Part shown: positions 9,584-19,869 of the stretch, in pieces
How the letters are laid out: every line of letters starts with the position of its first letter
Position numbering within the stretch: the first letter of the stretch is position 1
Origin: Gemmatimonadota bacterium
GTDB lineage: Bacteria > Gemmatimonadota > Gemmatimonadetes > Gemmatimonadales > GWC2-71-9
Reading direction: 5' to 3'
Assembly (NCBI GenBank): GCA_039586365.1
Contig: JBDHKN010000011.1
Location: 1 to 64,000, forward strand
Length of the DNA stretch: 64,000 bases
Made by a program: the position numbers and the translations under genes
The notes under the pieces: model-generated
Database searches by the model: none
Told to the model about the DNA's origin: nothing
The model's input: the letters and a program-made list of their open reading frames with translations, nothing else

Positions 9584-10429
9584 GTGCTGCCAGAGACGCT
9601 AGGAGTGGTTGGATTGGATGCGTTGGGTAGGTTGGTGGCGGGGCGGGCCACCCGCAGGGGTGTACGGCGCGTAATCGGCTACGCTCTGTATCCAAGGAAC
9701 GGCGTCACCGCCGTCAAAACAGGTGCCGTAACCGAGTTGGTCAGCGATGTCAGACGGACGGCGAGTTCAGCTCAGTTGGTTGTCGTCTCCGCGCCGCCTC
9801 TGCGGAGCATGAAGTTGCTCGAGCGACTTGCCCCGATCCTCACCGAGCGGGGGGTGTTCTGCACTGATGTTGCCAGCGTCAAGGCCCCAATCGTGGCGAA
9901 GGCAACGTCCCTTGGGCTCACAGCCAGGTTCGCCGGGTCGTATGTGCACGGGAATATCGATGATACCCGATCAAGCGGGTTGCGGCCCGACCGTCTCGAA
10001 GGCGCCATAGCCTATGTGACTGCCCTGCCCGGCGGCGACACTCCTGCCCGCGAAGTGGCAGATTTTTGGAAGCGCGCCGTTGGTGTCGAACCAGTAATGC
10101 TAGACGCTGAGTTCTTGGACCGGGTGCTGGCATGGACGACTCACCTGCCGCGACTTGTCGCCGTGACTCTGGTGACAGCTCTTGCAAGACAGGGTCCCAA
10201 GGGGATGATGCTGGGAGAGAAGGCTCTGGCTGCGACAGCGCCGGCGTTGAATGGTGCCGATGAATTGACGCAGATACTGGTGCTCAACAAAGACGCAGTG
10301 TTGCAGACCTTGCAGGGAGTGGGGACAGAGCTCGAGGCGCTTAGGACGGCCGTGAGTCGTGGTGACGAGAGGGCAATCGGGGAATGGTTGGAGCAGGCAC
10401 GCAGTTGGCGAAGCAGGTTTACGTCGTGA
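9584..10429 (+). CDS. tyrA: Prephenate/arogenate dehydrogenase family protein with degenerate active site
   Basis: TDVASVK and HLP motifs, position directly before aroA; GxGxxG and HP motifs altered. Confidence 0.75.
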   Translation: MLPETLGVVGLDALGRLVAGRATRRGVRRVIGYALYPRNGVTAVKTGAVTELVSDVRRTASSAQLVVVSAPPLRSMKLLERLAPILTERGVFCTDVASVKAPIVAKATSLGLTARFAGSYVHGNIDDTRSSGLRPDRLEGAIAYVTALPGGDTPAREVADFWKRAVGVEPVMLDAEFLDRVLAWTTHLPRLVAVTLVTALARQGPKGMMLGEKALAATAPALNGADELTQILVLNKDAVLQTLQGVGTELEALRTAVSRGDERAIGEWLEQARSWRSRFTS

Positions 10430-11697
10430 GAGTGCAGGGGAGAATCCGGCCGCCCGGAGACAAGAGTATTAGCCATCGCGCCCTCATGGTTGCGGCGCTG
10501 ACCAGGGCAACGATTGAGGTGAAGGGAATACTGACTGCTGCAGACGCCAAGAGCGCGGCTCGCGTACTCCGACAGCTCGGAGTCGACGTGAGTCCCATGC
10601 AGAGGGGCAGGTCTGTATACGTCAGGGGCCGAGCCTGGCGTCGTCCCGTGGCAACCCTGGACTGCGGTAATTCGGGGACTACCGCGCGTCTGGCTCTTGG
10701 GGCACTCGCGGGCCATCGGTTCGAAACCAGACTGTCAGGGGATGCGTCCCTGCGCCGTCGTCCGATGCGGCGCGTAACGAGGCCCCTGGTTGATATGGGA
10801 GCAGTTGTGACAGAGGAAGCAGGTGACTGTCTCCCGTTATCAATCAGAGGCGGTAACCTCTCGTCGATCCGATACCAGAGCCCAGTGCCGAGTGCGCAGG
10901 TCAAGAGCGCGATTCTGCTTGCCGGGCTTGCCGGCAACGTGCCTGTGACCGTGGTTGAGCCCGTGCGGTCGCGAGATCACACAGAGCGGATGTTTCAGTT
11001 TCTGGGATTCGACGTCCAGAAGGATGAGAACGAGGTGATCTTTCGGGGTGCGGGTGCCGACTGGCCGCGCGTCGATGACTTCGTGCTTGAGATCCCGGGG
11101 GATGCTTCATCAGCCGCGTTTCTGGTAGCAGCGGCCCTAATGGCGACGGGTGGCGAATTGCTGATCGAGTACACTGGCGTGAACCCCACCAGGACCGGGT
11201 TCCTTGAGGTGCTGGCTCGGATGGGGGCATTGGTGACCCGGGAGAACGAGCGGCGAGTATGCGGAGAACCGGTAGCTGATCTTATTGTCAGGCCGAGCAA
11301 TCTGAACGCAACCGAAGTTGGTGCTGATGAGATTCCCGGACTTATTGACGAGGTTCCTGTGCTCGCTGTGCTGGCGGCACGAGCCGAGGGAGAGACCATC
11401 TTCAGGTCAGTGGGCGAACTCCGAGTGAAGGAGAGTGATCGTCTGACACTCATCGCGCAGAACCTCAGGGCTGTGGGTGCTTCGGCTGAGGTACAGGGGG
11501 AAGATCTGGTTGTGGTGGGCAGCGACCGGCCGTTTTGCGGCAAGGTCGAGACCGCCCGCGACCACAGACTCACCATGGCTTTTGCCGTAGCGGGTTTCGC
11601 TGCCGCTCGGAATATCGAATTGTCAGAATCGAACTCTGCCGCCATAAGCTACCCCGGATTCTTTCAAGACCTACACAGGATCATGTTGCGTGACTAG
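10426..11697 (+). CDS. aroA: 3-phosphoshikimate 1-carboxyvinyltransferase (class II EPSPS)
   Basis: PGDKSISHR, DCGNSGTT, SAQVKSA, RDHTERM, KESDRL, DHR; GTGA overlap with tyrA. Confidence 0.96.
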   Translation: MRVQGRIRPPGDKSISHRALMVAALTRATIEVKGILTAADAKSAARVLRQLGVDVSPMQRGRSVYVRGRAWRRPVATLDCGNSGTTARLALGALAGHRFETRLSGDASLRRRPMRRVTRPLVDMGAVVTEEAGDCLPLSIRGGNLSSIRYQSPVPSAQVKSAILLAGLAGNVPVTVVEPVRSRDHTERMFQFLGFDVQKDENEVIFRGAGADWPRVDDFVLEIPGDASSAAFLVAAALMATGGELLIEYTGVNPTRTGFLEVLARMGALVTRENERRVCGEPVADLIVRPSNLNATEVGADEIPGLIDEVPVLAVLAARAEGETIFRSVGELRVKESDRLTLIAQNLRAVGASAEVQGEDLVVVGSDRPFCGKVETARDHRLTMAFAVAGFAAARNIELSESNSAAISYPGFFQDLHRIMLRD

Positions 11698-12364
11698 TCG
11701 CGTGATCGCGATCGACGGGCCGGCCGGATCTGGCAAATCCACTACTGCCAAAGCGGTGGCGCGTCGACTGGGGCTAGCCCATCTCGACAGCGGGGCCCTA
11801 TATCGTGCGGCCACTCTGGCCGCTCTGGATGCAGAAATCGACATCGCTGCGCCAGAGATCGTGGCGCTGGCTCAGTCGCTGCCAGTCCGTCTGAGGCTCA
11901 CGGATGCGGGCTTCAGGCCAGAGATTGCCGGTGTCGATGTGTCGGAGGAAATCCGCTCGGATCGAGTGACGCACCGTGTGTCAGAGGTCGCGGCGTTACC
12001 TGAGGTGCGAGAGTGGGTCAACAAGGCGCTACGAGATGCGACCGCGCTCCACCCGAGGGGTGTCGTGATTGATGGGAGGGACATTGGCACGGTTGTGTTT
12101 CCCGATGCGCTTTTGAAGGTGTTTCTCACAGCGGGGAAGGGGGAGCGAGCCCGCCGCCGGTTGCTCCAGGAAGGGCGCTCCGCAGACGAGGCCAACGTCA
12201 GGGAGGCAGCTGGCAAGATCGCCTGGCGTGACAGGTACGATTCAAACCGGCAGGTGGCGCCTCTCTGTCAAGCCGAGGACGCCGTATTGCTGGATAACAC
12301 GGATTTGTCCTTCGAACAGCAGGTGGACAAGGTGGTTGAGATGGCACGGAAGGTGTTCTCGTAG
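11690..12364 (+). CDS. cmk: Cytidylate kinase
   Basis: IAIDGPAGSGKST, DSGALYR, DGRDIGTVVFP. Confidence 0.96.
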   Translation: MTSRVIAIDGPAGSGKSTTAKAVARRLGLAHLDSGALYRAATLAALDAEIDIAAPEIVALAQSLPVRLRLTDAGFRPEIAGVDVSEEIRSDRVTHRVSEVAALPEVREWVNKALRDATALHPRGVVIDGRDIGTVVFPDALLKVFLTAGKGERARRRLLQEGRSADEANVREAAGKIAWRDRYDSNRQVAPLCQAEDAVLLDNTDLSFEQQVDKVVEMARKVFS

Positions 12365-12365
12365 C

Positions 12366-12394
12366 TTGACATGCGGGCAAGGCTGGTCTAAGCT
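12366..12394 (+). promoter_or_regulatory. Sigma70 promoter of rpsA
   Basis: TTGACA-17-TAAGCT immediately after the cmk stop. Confidence 0.75.
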
Positions 12395-12467
12395 AAAGGG
12401 CTAGCCAAGCCCGCGCGCTTATGGCGTCTGGCTTGTAATGGAGCAACTCATCCACTTGAACCTTTAA

Positions 12468-14399
12468 ATGGTCGAAGAAACCCAAGAAACCGCGACCCCA
12501 GCCGGCGTAGGCCCCTCAGTGGTGTCCGCCGAGTCGTCTTCCCTGCGAGTCCGTCCGGATCTGTACGACGAGCACTACAGCGACGAAGAGTACGTCCAGA
12601 TGATGGAGTTGTACGAAGGTACACTCCAGAGCATTGCGGAGGGCGAGATCGTCAGATCGAAGGTGCTCAGGGTAACCGATACGCATGTCATTCTCGATGT
12701 CGGTTTTAAATCTGAGGGAGCCGTACCTCTCGAGCAGTTCAAGGATCCCGGTTCGATTTCACCCGGAGACGAGGTTGAGGTCTTCTTGGAGAGGCTTGAG
12801 GACGAAGATGGAGCAGTCGTTCTATCCAAGAAGAAGGCTGACTTCATGCGGGTGTGGGAGCGGATTAGGGAGGCCTACGAGAACGACCAGCCCGTAGTCG
12901 GTACTTTGCAGAAGAAGATCAAGGGTGGTGTGGTGGTGGACCTAATGGGGGTGGATGCCTTCCTGCCCGGCAGTCAGATCGCACTGCGCCGGGTTCCCAA
13001 CATCGATGAACTGCTGGGCCTGGAGCTAGAGTTCAAGATCATCAAGCTCAACAAGCGGCGTCGCAACATCGTGGTATCGCGGCGCGTGATCCTCGAGGCC
13101 GAGCGGGCCACCAAGCGCGAGTTCTTGATCAAAGAGCTTGAAGTGAATCAGCTGAGGAAGGGAATCGTCAAGAACATCACGGACTTCGGCGCCTTCATCG
13201 ATCTGGGAGGTGTCGACGGACTCCTCCACATCACGGACATGAGTTACGGACGTGTCTCTCATCCGTCTGAGATCGTGGAGATGGGGATGGAACTCGATGT
13301 CAAGATTCTGGACATCGATTGGGAGAGAGAGCGGATCTCGCTCGGCCTGAAGCAACTGCAGGATTATCCGTGGCAGAACGTAGCTGAAAGGTATCCTATC
13401 GGTACACGAGTGCAGGGCAAAGTCGTCAGCATCACCAACTATGGTGCATTTGTCGAACTCGAACCGGGTATCGAGGGATTGGTACACATCAGCGAAATGA
13501 GCTGGACGAGAAACGTACGTCATCCCTCGAAGATCGTGTCGATTGGTGAGACGATTGAGGCCGTTGTACTCAAGGTAGATCCGGAAGAAGAGAAGATCTC
13601 CTTGGGAATGAAACAGACCGAGCAGGACCCCTGGCTGGTCCTGCCTATGAAGTACCCACTCGGCACCCGCATCTCCGGTAAAGTCCGCAACCTGACTTCA
13701 TTCGGCGCTTTTGTCGAACTGGAGCCGGGTATCGATGGGCTCATCCATATCTCGGACATGTCTTGGACCAAGCGCGTTCAGCATCCTTCTGAAGTGGTCA
13801 AGAAGGGGGATTCCGTTGATGTGGTGATCCTCAACATCGATGCCGACAACAAGCGGATCTCGCTGGGACTGAAGCAGGCTCAGGAAGACCCCTGGCTCAA
13901 GATTGGAGAGGATTACCCGGTGGGTATGGAGCTCGACGGGCACGTAGTGCGGTTCCAAGACGGCAGTGTCGTCGTCGATCTGGGCAATGATCTCGAGGGG
14001 TTCGTGCCTGAGTCGCAGCTTCCGATACCGGACGGCAAGTCTGCAGAGCAGGTGGTCAAGGCCGGCCAGGAGGCCTCCTTGAAAGTCATGGAAGTAGATC
14101 CGATCCATCACCGGATTCTGCTCGCGGTAACAGAGTTGGGTGAAGTCCCGCCACGTGAGGATACCCCGCCACCGGAATCGATCGAATCCGAGGAGGGGCA
14201 GCAAGACGCGGAAGATGCTGAAGCTCCTGATGATCAGCTTGTTGCGGAGGCTGCCTCCGAAGCACCTATCGAGATGGAGGCGGCCGCCGAGGGCGGCGTG
14301 GTGGAACAAGCCGGTGAGTCCGACGCAGCCCCAGCAGTGGCTGAGCCTGAGTCGGCTGAGCCCGACCAGGAAAAACCCCAAGACACCAGACCGGAGTGA
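12468..14399 (+). CDS. rpsA: 30S ribosomal protein S1
   Basis: Six S1 domains (FGAFV/IDLGG..GLLHI), plus an acidic C-terminal tail. Confidence 0.97.
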   Translation: MVEETQETATPAGVGPSVVSAESSSLRVRPDLYDEHYSDEEYVQMMELYEGTLQSIAEGEIVRSKVLRVTDTHVILDVGFKSEGAVPLEQFKDPGSISPGDEVEVFLERLEDEDGAVVLSKKKADFMRVWERIREAYENDQPVVGTLQKKIKGGVVVDLMGVDAFLPGSQIALRRVPNIDELLGLELEFKIIKLNKRRRNIVVSRRVILEAERATKREFLIKELEVNQLRKGIVKNITDFGAFIDLGGVDGLLHITDMSYGRVSHPSEIVEMGMELDVKILDIDWERERISLGLKQLQDYPWQNVAERYPIGTRVQGKVVSITNYGAFVELEPGIEGLVHISEMSWTRNVRHPSKIVSIGETIEAVVLKVDPEEEKISLGMKQTEQDPWLVLPMKYPLGTRISGKVRNLTSFGAFVELEPGIDGLIHISDMSWTKRVQHPSEVVKKGDSVDVVILNIDADNKRISLGLKQAQEDPWLKIGEDYPVGMELDGHVVRFQDGSVVVDLGNDLEGFVPESQLPIPDGKSAEQVVKAGQEASLKVMEVDPIHHRILLAVTELGEVPPREDTPPPESIESEEGQQDAEDAEAPDDQLVAEAASEAPIEMEAAAEGGVVEQAGESDAAPAVAEPESAEPDQEKPQDTRPE

Positions 14400-14455
14400 G
14401 GCGGCAGCCACCGTTCTTTTTCTGCGGCCTCGGTTCTCCCTGACCGATTGGCCAA

Positions 14456-16006
14456 GTGACTATCCGAGACAAGCTCGAAAGATTCCACCGCCTGCGCTCA
14501 CAATCCGAGTTGGGCGGTGGTCCCGACCGCATAGACCAACAGCACAAGAAGGGCAAACTTACTGCCAGGGAACGCTTGGACCTCCTGCTTGATCCAGGCT
14601 CGTTTGTTGAGTTGGATCGCTTTGTAACACACCGGTCGAGCGATTTCGGCTTGGCTGACAACAAGCCCTTGGGTGATGGTGTCGTGACGGGCTACGGGCG
14701 GGTTGAGGGGCGCTTGATCTACGTATTTTCGCAGGACTTCACCGTTTTCGGTGGTTCGCTCGCGGAAGCGCATGCCGAGAAGATCTGCAAGGTGATGGAC
14801 CTAGCAGTGCGTAATGGGGCGCCCATCGTCGGACTCAACGACTCCGGCGGCGCTCGGATTCAGGAAGGCGTGGTTTCTTTGGGCGGTTATGCCGACATCT
14901 TCCTCCGCAATACCCTTGCGTCGGGGGTAGTGCCTCAGATCAGTGCTATCCTGGGACCATGTGCCGGGGGGGCAGTCTACAGCCCTGCCATTACCGACTT
15001 CGTGTTCATGGTCCGCGGCATCTCGTATATGTTCGTCACCGGTCCGAACGTCGTGAAGACTGTGACTCACGAGGACGTGACGACTGAGGAACTCGGTGGA
15101 GCCGACGTTCACGCGTCAATCTCAGGTGTAGCCCAGTTCGCCCACGACTCAGAGGTGGAGTGTCTACAGGAGGTGAGGCGGCTCATCGGATACATCCCGA
15201 GCAACAATCTCGACAGCCCGCCCACAATCGAGTCGGATGACCCGGTTGACCGTCGGGATGAAGAGCTGCTCGATCTGGTACCGGACAATCCTAACAAGCC
15301 CTACGACATGAGAGAGGTCATCCGCCGTGTCGTCGACAAGGGCGATTTCCTAGAGGTGCATAAGGACTTCGCCGCCAACATCATTGTTGGTTTCGCTCGT
15401 TTAGGGGGGCAACCGGTCGGTGTCATCGCAAACCAGCCTGCAGTGCTGGCTGGTGTGTTGGACATCAAGGCCTCTGTGAAGGGTGCGCGGTTCATCAGGT
15501 TCTGTGATGCATTCAACGTGCCTTTGATAACCTTCGAGGACGTCCCGGGATTCCTGCCTGGGATTGATCAGGAACACGGCGGCATCATCAAGAACGGAGC
15601 GAAACTGCTGTATGCATATGCGGAGGCGACGGTGCCGAAGCTGACCGTCATCACACGCAAGGCCTATGGTGGTGCATACGACGTGATGAACTCCAAACAC
15701 GTGCGGGGCGATTTCAACGTCGGCTGGCCGATGGCCGAGATCGCGGTCATGGGTCCCAAGGGTGCGGCCGAGATCCTGTTCAAGCGTGACATCGCGCAGG
15801 CCGAGGACCCGGCGGTTAAGCTGGAGCAGTTGGTTACAGAGTACCGCAACAAGTTCGCAGATCCGTATCATGCAGCATCGCGCGGATTCCTTGACGACGT
15901 GATTGATCCGAGGGACACGAGACCGCGTCTGATATCGGCGTTGCAGACCCTGTTGGCTAAGCGAGACAAAAATCCGCCGAAGAAGCATGGGAACATTCCG
16001 CTGTAG
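14456..16006 (+). CDS. pccB: Acyl-CoA carboxylase carboxyltransferase subunit (PccB-like)
   Basis: [30 protein letters not shown]-terminal KKHGNIPL. Confidence 0.93.
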   Translation: MTIRDKLERFHRLRSQSELGGGPDRIDQQHKKGKLTARERLDLLLDPGSFVELDRFVTHRSSDFGLADNKPLGDGVVTGYGRVEGRLIYVFSQDFTVFGGSLAEAHAEKICKVMDLAVRNGAPIVGLNDSGGARIQEGVVSLGGYADIFLRNTLASGVVPQISAILGPCAGGAVYSPAITDFVFMVRGISYMFVTGPNVVKTVTHEDVTTEELGGADVHASISGVAQFAHDSEVECLQEVRRLIGYIPSNNLDSPPTIESDDPVDRRDEELLDLVPDNPNKPYDMREVIRRVVDKGDFLEVHKDFAANIIVGFARLGGQPVGVIANQPAVLAGVLDIKASVKGARFIRFCDAFNVPLITFEDVPGFLPGIDQEHGGIIKNGAKLLYAYAEATVPKLTVITRKAYGGAYDVMNSKHVRGDFNVGWPMAEIAVMGPKGAAEILFKRDIAQAEDPAVKLEQLVTEYRNKFADPYHAASRGFLDDVIDPRDTRPRLISALQTLLAKRDKNPPKKHGNIPL

Positions 16007-16111
16007 ACCTGCGGTTCGGCCGGAGAGTGGCCGGGCGGGAGGAGCCGAAGGTTGGCTTAGGTACGGCTCGACTCTACGCTGCTGCACCCGTTCGTCGAAC
16101 GGACGACGGAC

Positions 16112-17620
16112 GTGGCGCTGAGGCGCATTCTCATCGCCAACCGGGGGGAGATCGCCCTCCGCATCATCCGCGGCTGTCATGAAGCGGGCGTCGAGGCGGT
16201 GGCGGTGTACTCGGAAGCGGACCGGTCCAGCCCCCACGTTCGCGCGGCGGATGTTGCAGTGGAAATCGGTGCGGCGCCGGCGGGCGAGTCCTACCTCAAC
16301 GTCAGCCGTCTTCTCGAAGCTGCTGTGAAGACCGGGGCTGACGCAGTTCACCCCGGCTACGGTTTCCTAGCCGAAAGGTCCGAGTTTGCCGAGGCGGTGA
16401 CGCAGACCGGGTTGGTCTTCGTTGGGCCACCGGCCAGCGCCATTCGGGCCATGGGTGACAAGACCGAAGCGCGCCGCCGCATGGCGGCAGCAGGCATTCC
16501 GGTTATTCCTGGAACGACAGCTACTGTGGAGGCGGTGGAAGATGCGGTAGTGGCCGCCAATGAGATCGGATACCCGGTTCTACTCAAGGCAGCAGCGGGG
16601 GGTGGTGGCAAGGGTATGCGGCGCGCCAACAGCGCCGCGGAGGTAGCGACGTACTTCTCTCAGGCCTCGTCGGAAGCTCACTCGGCATTCGGTGACGGTT
16701 CGATCTACGTCGAAAGACTCATCGAACGTCCGCGGCACATTGAGATTCAGGTCTTGGCCGACGATCACGGGCGCACGCTCCATTTGGGAGAGCGGGAGTG
16801 CTCGGTCCAGCGCAGGCATCAGAAGTTGATCGAGGAGACACCATCGCCAGTAGTTGGCGAGGAACTCCGGTCGGTGATGGGCGAGGCGGCAGTGCAGGCA
16901 GCCGAGTCGGTGGATTATCGAAGCGCCGGCACTGTGGAGTTTCTGCTGGCTCCTGACGGGCAATTCTACTTTCTCGAAATGAACACCAGGCTGCAAGTTG
17001 AGCACCCCATCACGGAACTCACCTACGGGGTTGACCTGGTCGGGGAGCAGATACGAATCGCGGCTGGTGACCCGATCTCGTTGCCCAGCCAACAGCTCGA
17101 GCCTCGGGGTCATGCCATCGAGTGTCGAATTACGGCAGAGGACGTTTTTGGCGGTTTCTTACCGGCCACGGGACGGGTGGCGTACTTTCGCGCTCCAGCC
17201 GGGCCAGGTATCCGGTGGGATGGAGGCATTGAGGCAGGGATGGCGGTGGGCCTGTTCTACGACTCGCTGCTTGGCAAGCTAGTAGTGTGGGGCGAGACTC
17301 GGGAACGTGCGCTTGCAAGGATGTCACGAGCCCTCGACGAACTGATTGTAGCCGGCGTAACCACGTCGCAGCCATTTCATCGGCGCGTAATGACCGATCC
17401 TGCATTTCGACTGGGCGACTACGACATCGAGTATATCGACCGAATGGGTCATGAGATACTGACCAGGGAGCCAGACCAAGCGGAGCTGGAGCGTGTTGCC
17501 ATCGCCGCCGCCTTGGCCGAGGATGAGCGTCGCAGAGAGTTGGGTGGGATCGCGTCCAGGGATAGGCGGCCTCGTGAAACTGCTTGGCTTCTGGCCGCTC
17601 GGCGCGAAGCTCAGCGATGA
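16112..17620 (+). CDS. accC: Biotin carboxylase subunit of acyl-CoA carboxylase
   Basis: ILIANRGEIA, HPGYGFLAE, GGGGKGMR, FLEMNTRLQVEH. Confidence 0.93.
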   Translation: MALRRILIANRGEIALRIIRGCHEAGVEAVAVYSEADRSSPHVRAADVAVEIGAAPAGESYLNVSRLLEAAVKTGADAVHPGYGFLAERSEFAEAVTQTGLVFVGPPASAIRAMGDKTEARRRMAAAGIPVIPGTTATVEAVEDAVVAANEIGYPVLLKAAAGGGGKGMRRANSAAEVATYFSQASSEAHSAFGDGSIYVERLIERPRHIEIQVLADDHGRTLHLGERECSVQRRHQKLIEETPSPVVGEELRSVMGEAAVQAAESVDYRSAGTVEFLLAPDGQFYFLEMNTRLQVEHPITELTYGVDLVGEQIRIAAGDPISLPSQQLEPRGHAIECRITAEDVFGGFLPATGRVAYFRAPAGPGIRWDGGIEAGMAVGLFYDSLLGKLVVWGETRERALARMSRALDELIVAGVTTSQPFHRRVMTDPAFRLGDYDIEYIDRMGHEILTREPDQAELERVAIAAALAEDERRRELGGIASRDRRPRETAWLLAARREAQR

Positions 17621-18834
17621 GGGATGTCGTCTCCATCAGGGCGATCGCGAGCGGAGGAGATGGGGTTGGTCGGTTGACCGACGGCATGACCGTGTTCGTT
17701 CCCCGAACCGCGCCAGGCGATACGGCCGAAGTCCATGTGGTACGGCGAAAGTCCCATTATGCCCGTGGTGAACTACTGGAGTTGCGTTCGGCCGGACCGA
17801 ACCGTGCCGATCCCATGTGCCAACACTACCGTGAAGACGATTGCGGTGGTTGCCAACTGCAACATCTCACGATACCTGCCCAACACCAGGCCAAACAGAG
17901 GTTCGTGGGTGACGCGGTGCGCCGCATCGGCGGCCGTCTCGTGCCCGATCCTCCCATAACTGTATCCCCCACTCTGTGGCGCTACCGGACCAAGGTAACA
18001 CTGGCGGTGGCGGGGGCGTGCATCGGCCTGCGGCGGCGTGATCAGCCAGCGGAGGTGTTTGATCTAGCAGACTGTCTCATCGTCAGACAGCCGATCATGG
18101 CACTGTGGGCGATCCTCTCCAAGAGCCGGGCTCGGTTGCCAGATGGTTTGAAGTCCTTGATCCTACGAGAGGACCGGGATGCGGGATTGCATGTAATAGC
18201 CGTCGGCGGAGAGACCTGCTGGGATGCTGGTCCGCTGGCCCAAGACATCGGTGACACGTCGATTTCCTACTGGTGGCAGCCGGGTGGGGGGGCGGCGCGG
18301 GTCGTGGTGGGGAGGAGAACCGGGTTTCCGGTAACGGCATTCGAGCAAGTCAACCGCCAATTGGCCCACGCTATCCGCGTGGCCGCCGTGGAGGCGCTGG
18401 GAGATGTGCGGGGCCGCGTCGTGTGGGATCTCTACGGCGGAGTTGGAGATACCGCCGAGCTACTGGCTGACAGGGGAGCGTGCGCCTGGACGGTGGATTC
18501 CCACAGGAGCGCGGTGGAGTGGGGGCGGCAACACGGGACTGCGAGAGTAACCAGGATAGACGGTTTGGTCGAGGAGGAAATGGCCCGACTGCCTGAACCC
18601 TCTGCAGTCGTACTCAATCCGCCTCGGACGGGAGTGGGATCCCAGGTGACAGAATGGCTGAACCGGTGGGCAGTCGGGTCGGGGGAGCGAGTGGCGTATG
18701 TGTCCTGCGACCCGGCCACGCTGGCGCGGGACATCGCTCGCATGCCAAGGCTTGCTGTCACGGCGTTGACAGCGTACGACCTGTTCCCGCAGACGGCGCA
18801 CGTTGAGACGCTGGCGGTGTTGGAGGGAGTGTGA
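17617..18834 (+). CDS. TRAM-domain SAM-dependent RNA m5U methyltransferase (RlmD/TrmA family)
   Basis: TRAM N-terminus, CxxxxxxxCGGC cluster, FEQVN, NPPR, YVSCDPATLARD, DLFPQTAHVE; ATGA overlap with accC. Confidence 0.9.
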   Translation: MRDVVSIRAIASGGDGVGRLTDGMTVFVPRTAPGDTAEVHVVRRKSHYARGELLELRSAGPNRADPMCQHYREDDCGGCQLQHLTIPAQHQAKQRFVGDAVRRIGGRLVPDPPITVSPTLWRYRTKVTLAVAGACIGLRRRDQPAEVFDLADCLIVRQPIMALWAILSKSRARLPDGLKSLILREDRDAGLHVIAVGGETCWDAGPLAQDIGDTSISYWWQPGGGAARVVVGRRTGFPVTAFEQVNRQLAHAIRVAAVEALGDVRGRVVWDLYGGVGDTAELLADRGACAWTVDSHRSAVEWGRQHGTARVTRIDGLVEEEMARLPEPSAVVLNPPRTGVGSQVTEWLNRWAVGSGERVAYVSCDPATLARDIARMPRLAVTALTAYDLFPQTAHVETLAVLEGV

Positions 18835-19334
18835 GGTACACGGTAACGATCGGGGTGCATGAGTTCACAGTGGTCGTCAATGGAGCTGAGGTGTCCGTGA
18901 ACGGGCGGAGCGTGTCTGCGTCCCTAAGGTCGATTCCGCAGACCCCGATCCGACAACTAATGGTGGGAAACCGCTCACACTGTTACGTGATGGTGGACGG
19001 GGAGCGAAGCTGGACCGTGCTGAGAGGAGGTGAAATCACAGAGGTCGCCGTTGAGGATGAGAGGGCTCGTCAGTTGAGGGGCGTAGGTGGTGGTGGTGAA
19101 CGGAAACTGCGCGGGGGCGTAGTGGTGGCGCCAATGCCGGGGCTAGTGCTGAGAGTGGAGGTACAGCAAGGGCAGACGATAGGGCCTGGGACGGGCGTGG
19201 CGGTGCTGGAAGCCATGAAGATGGAGAACCAGATCAGCGCCGTGTCTGGCGGCGTCGTTACCAAGGTCCACGTCAAGGCGGGTCAGGCAGTCGAGAAGGG
19301 GGCTCTCCTGGTAGAGGTTTTGCCACAGGGTTGA
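18831..19334 (+). CDS. Biotin carboxyl carrier (biotin/lipoyl domain) protein
   Basis: APMPG...EAMKMEN biotinylation motif. Confidence 0.92.
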   Translation: MRYTVTIGVHEFTVVVNGAEVSVNGRSVSASLRSIPQTPIRQLMVGNRSHCYVMVDGERSWTVLRGGEITEVAVEDERARQLRGVGGGGERKLRGGVVVAPMPGLVLRVEVQQGQTIGPGTGVAVLEAMKMENQISAVSGGVVTKVHVKAGQAVEKGALLVEVLPQG

Positions 19335-19359
19335 CCCGGGTGCCAAGCGTTGTTAAGCT
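19331..19359 (+). promoter_or_regulatory. Sigma70 promoter of the rplM-rpsI-rpsB cluster
   Basis: TTGACC-17-TAAGCT with an extended -10 TG; the -35 overlaps the upstream stop codon. Confidence 0.75.
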
Positions 19360-19426
19360 GAATGGCTATCAATCTTTACGACGTATGGAGGATCGGCACT
19401 ACGTGGCCGGGCCGAGTGGCAAACTG

Positions 19427-19861
19427 ATGAAGACTTACACGCAGAAGAAGAAAGAGCTGGAGCATCGCTGGTACGTGGTGGACGCCGATGGCGTGGTGTT
19501 GGGCCGACTGGCCAGCAAGATCGCTCAGCTTATCCGCGGCAAGCACAAGCCGACGTACACACCGCATATGGACGGTGGCGATTACGTCGTGGTGGTCAAT
19601 GCAGCGAAGGTACGGCTCACCGGCAAGAAGTTGGAGCAGAAGGCGTACTTCCGGCACACTGGTTATATCGGGCACGAACGGTTTACTCCGGTGGCTACGA
19701 TGCTCCAGAGTCATCCGGACCGGGTGATTCAAAGGGCCGTGTTTGGGATGCTCCCCAAGTCGACGCTCGGCCGCCAGGTGCTGCGGAAGAAGCTCAAGGT
19801 CTACGCGGGGCCCGAGCATCCGCATGCAGGACAGAACCCCACGCCCATCGAACTGAATTAG
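19427..19861 (+). CDS. rplM: 50S ribosomal protein L13
   Basis: [26 protein letters not shown]; start at ATG 19427. Confidence 0.97.
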   Translation: MKTYTQKKKELEHRWYVVDADGVVLGRLASKIAQLIRGKHKPTYTPHMDGGDYVVVVNAAKVRLTGKKLEQKAYFRHTGYIGHERFTPVATMLQSHPDRVIQRAVFGMLPKSTLGRQVLRKKLKVYAGPEHPHAGQNPTPIELN

Positions 19862-19869
19862 GACGGTAT

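Noticed and set aside
13140..13900. Repeated DNA segments within rpsA
   Set aside because: Explained by the tandem S1 domains
16007..16111. Three small hairpins between pccB and accC
   Set aside because: Short GC-rich stems with no riboswitch consensus or U-tract
15401..16351. Long antisense ORFs (e.g. 15401-16351, 46796-47635, 3782-4573)
   Set aside because: Shadow ORFs opposite well-supported genes in GC-rich DNA, with no motifs
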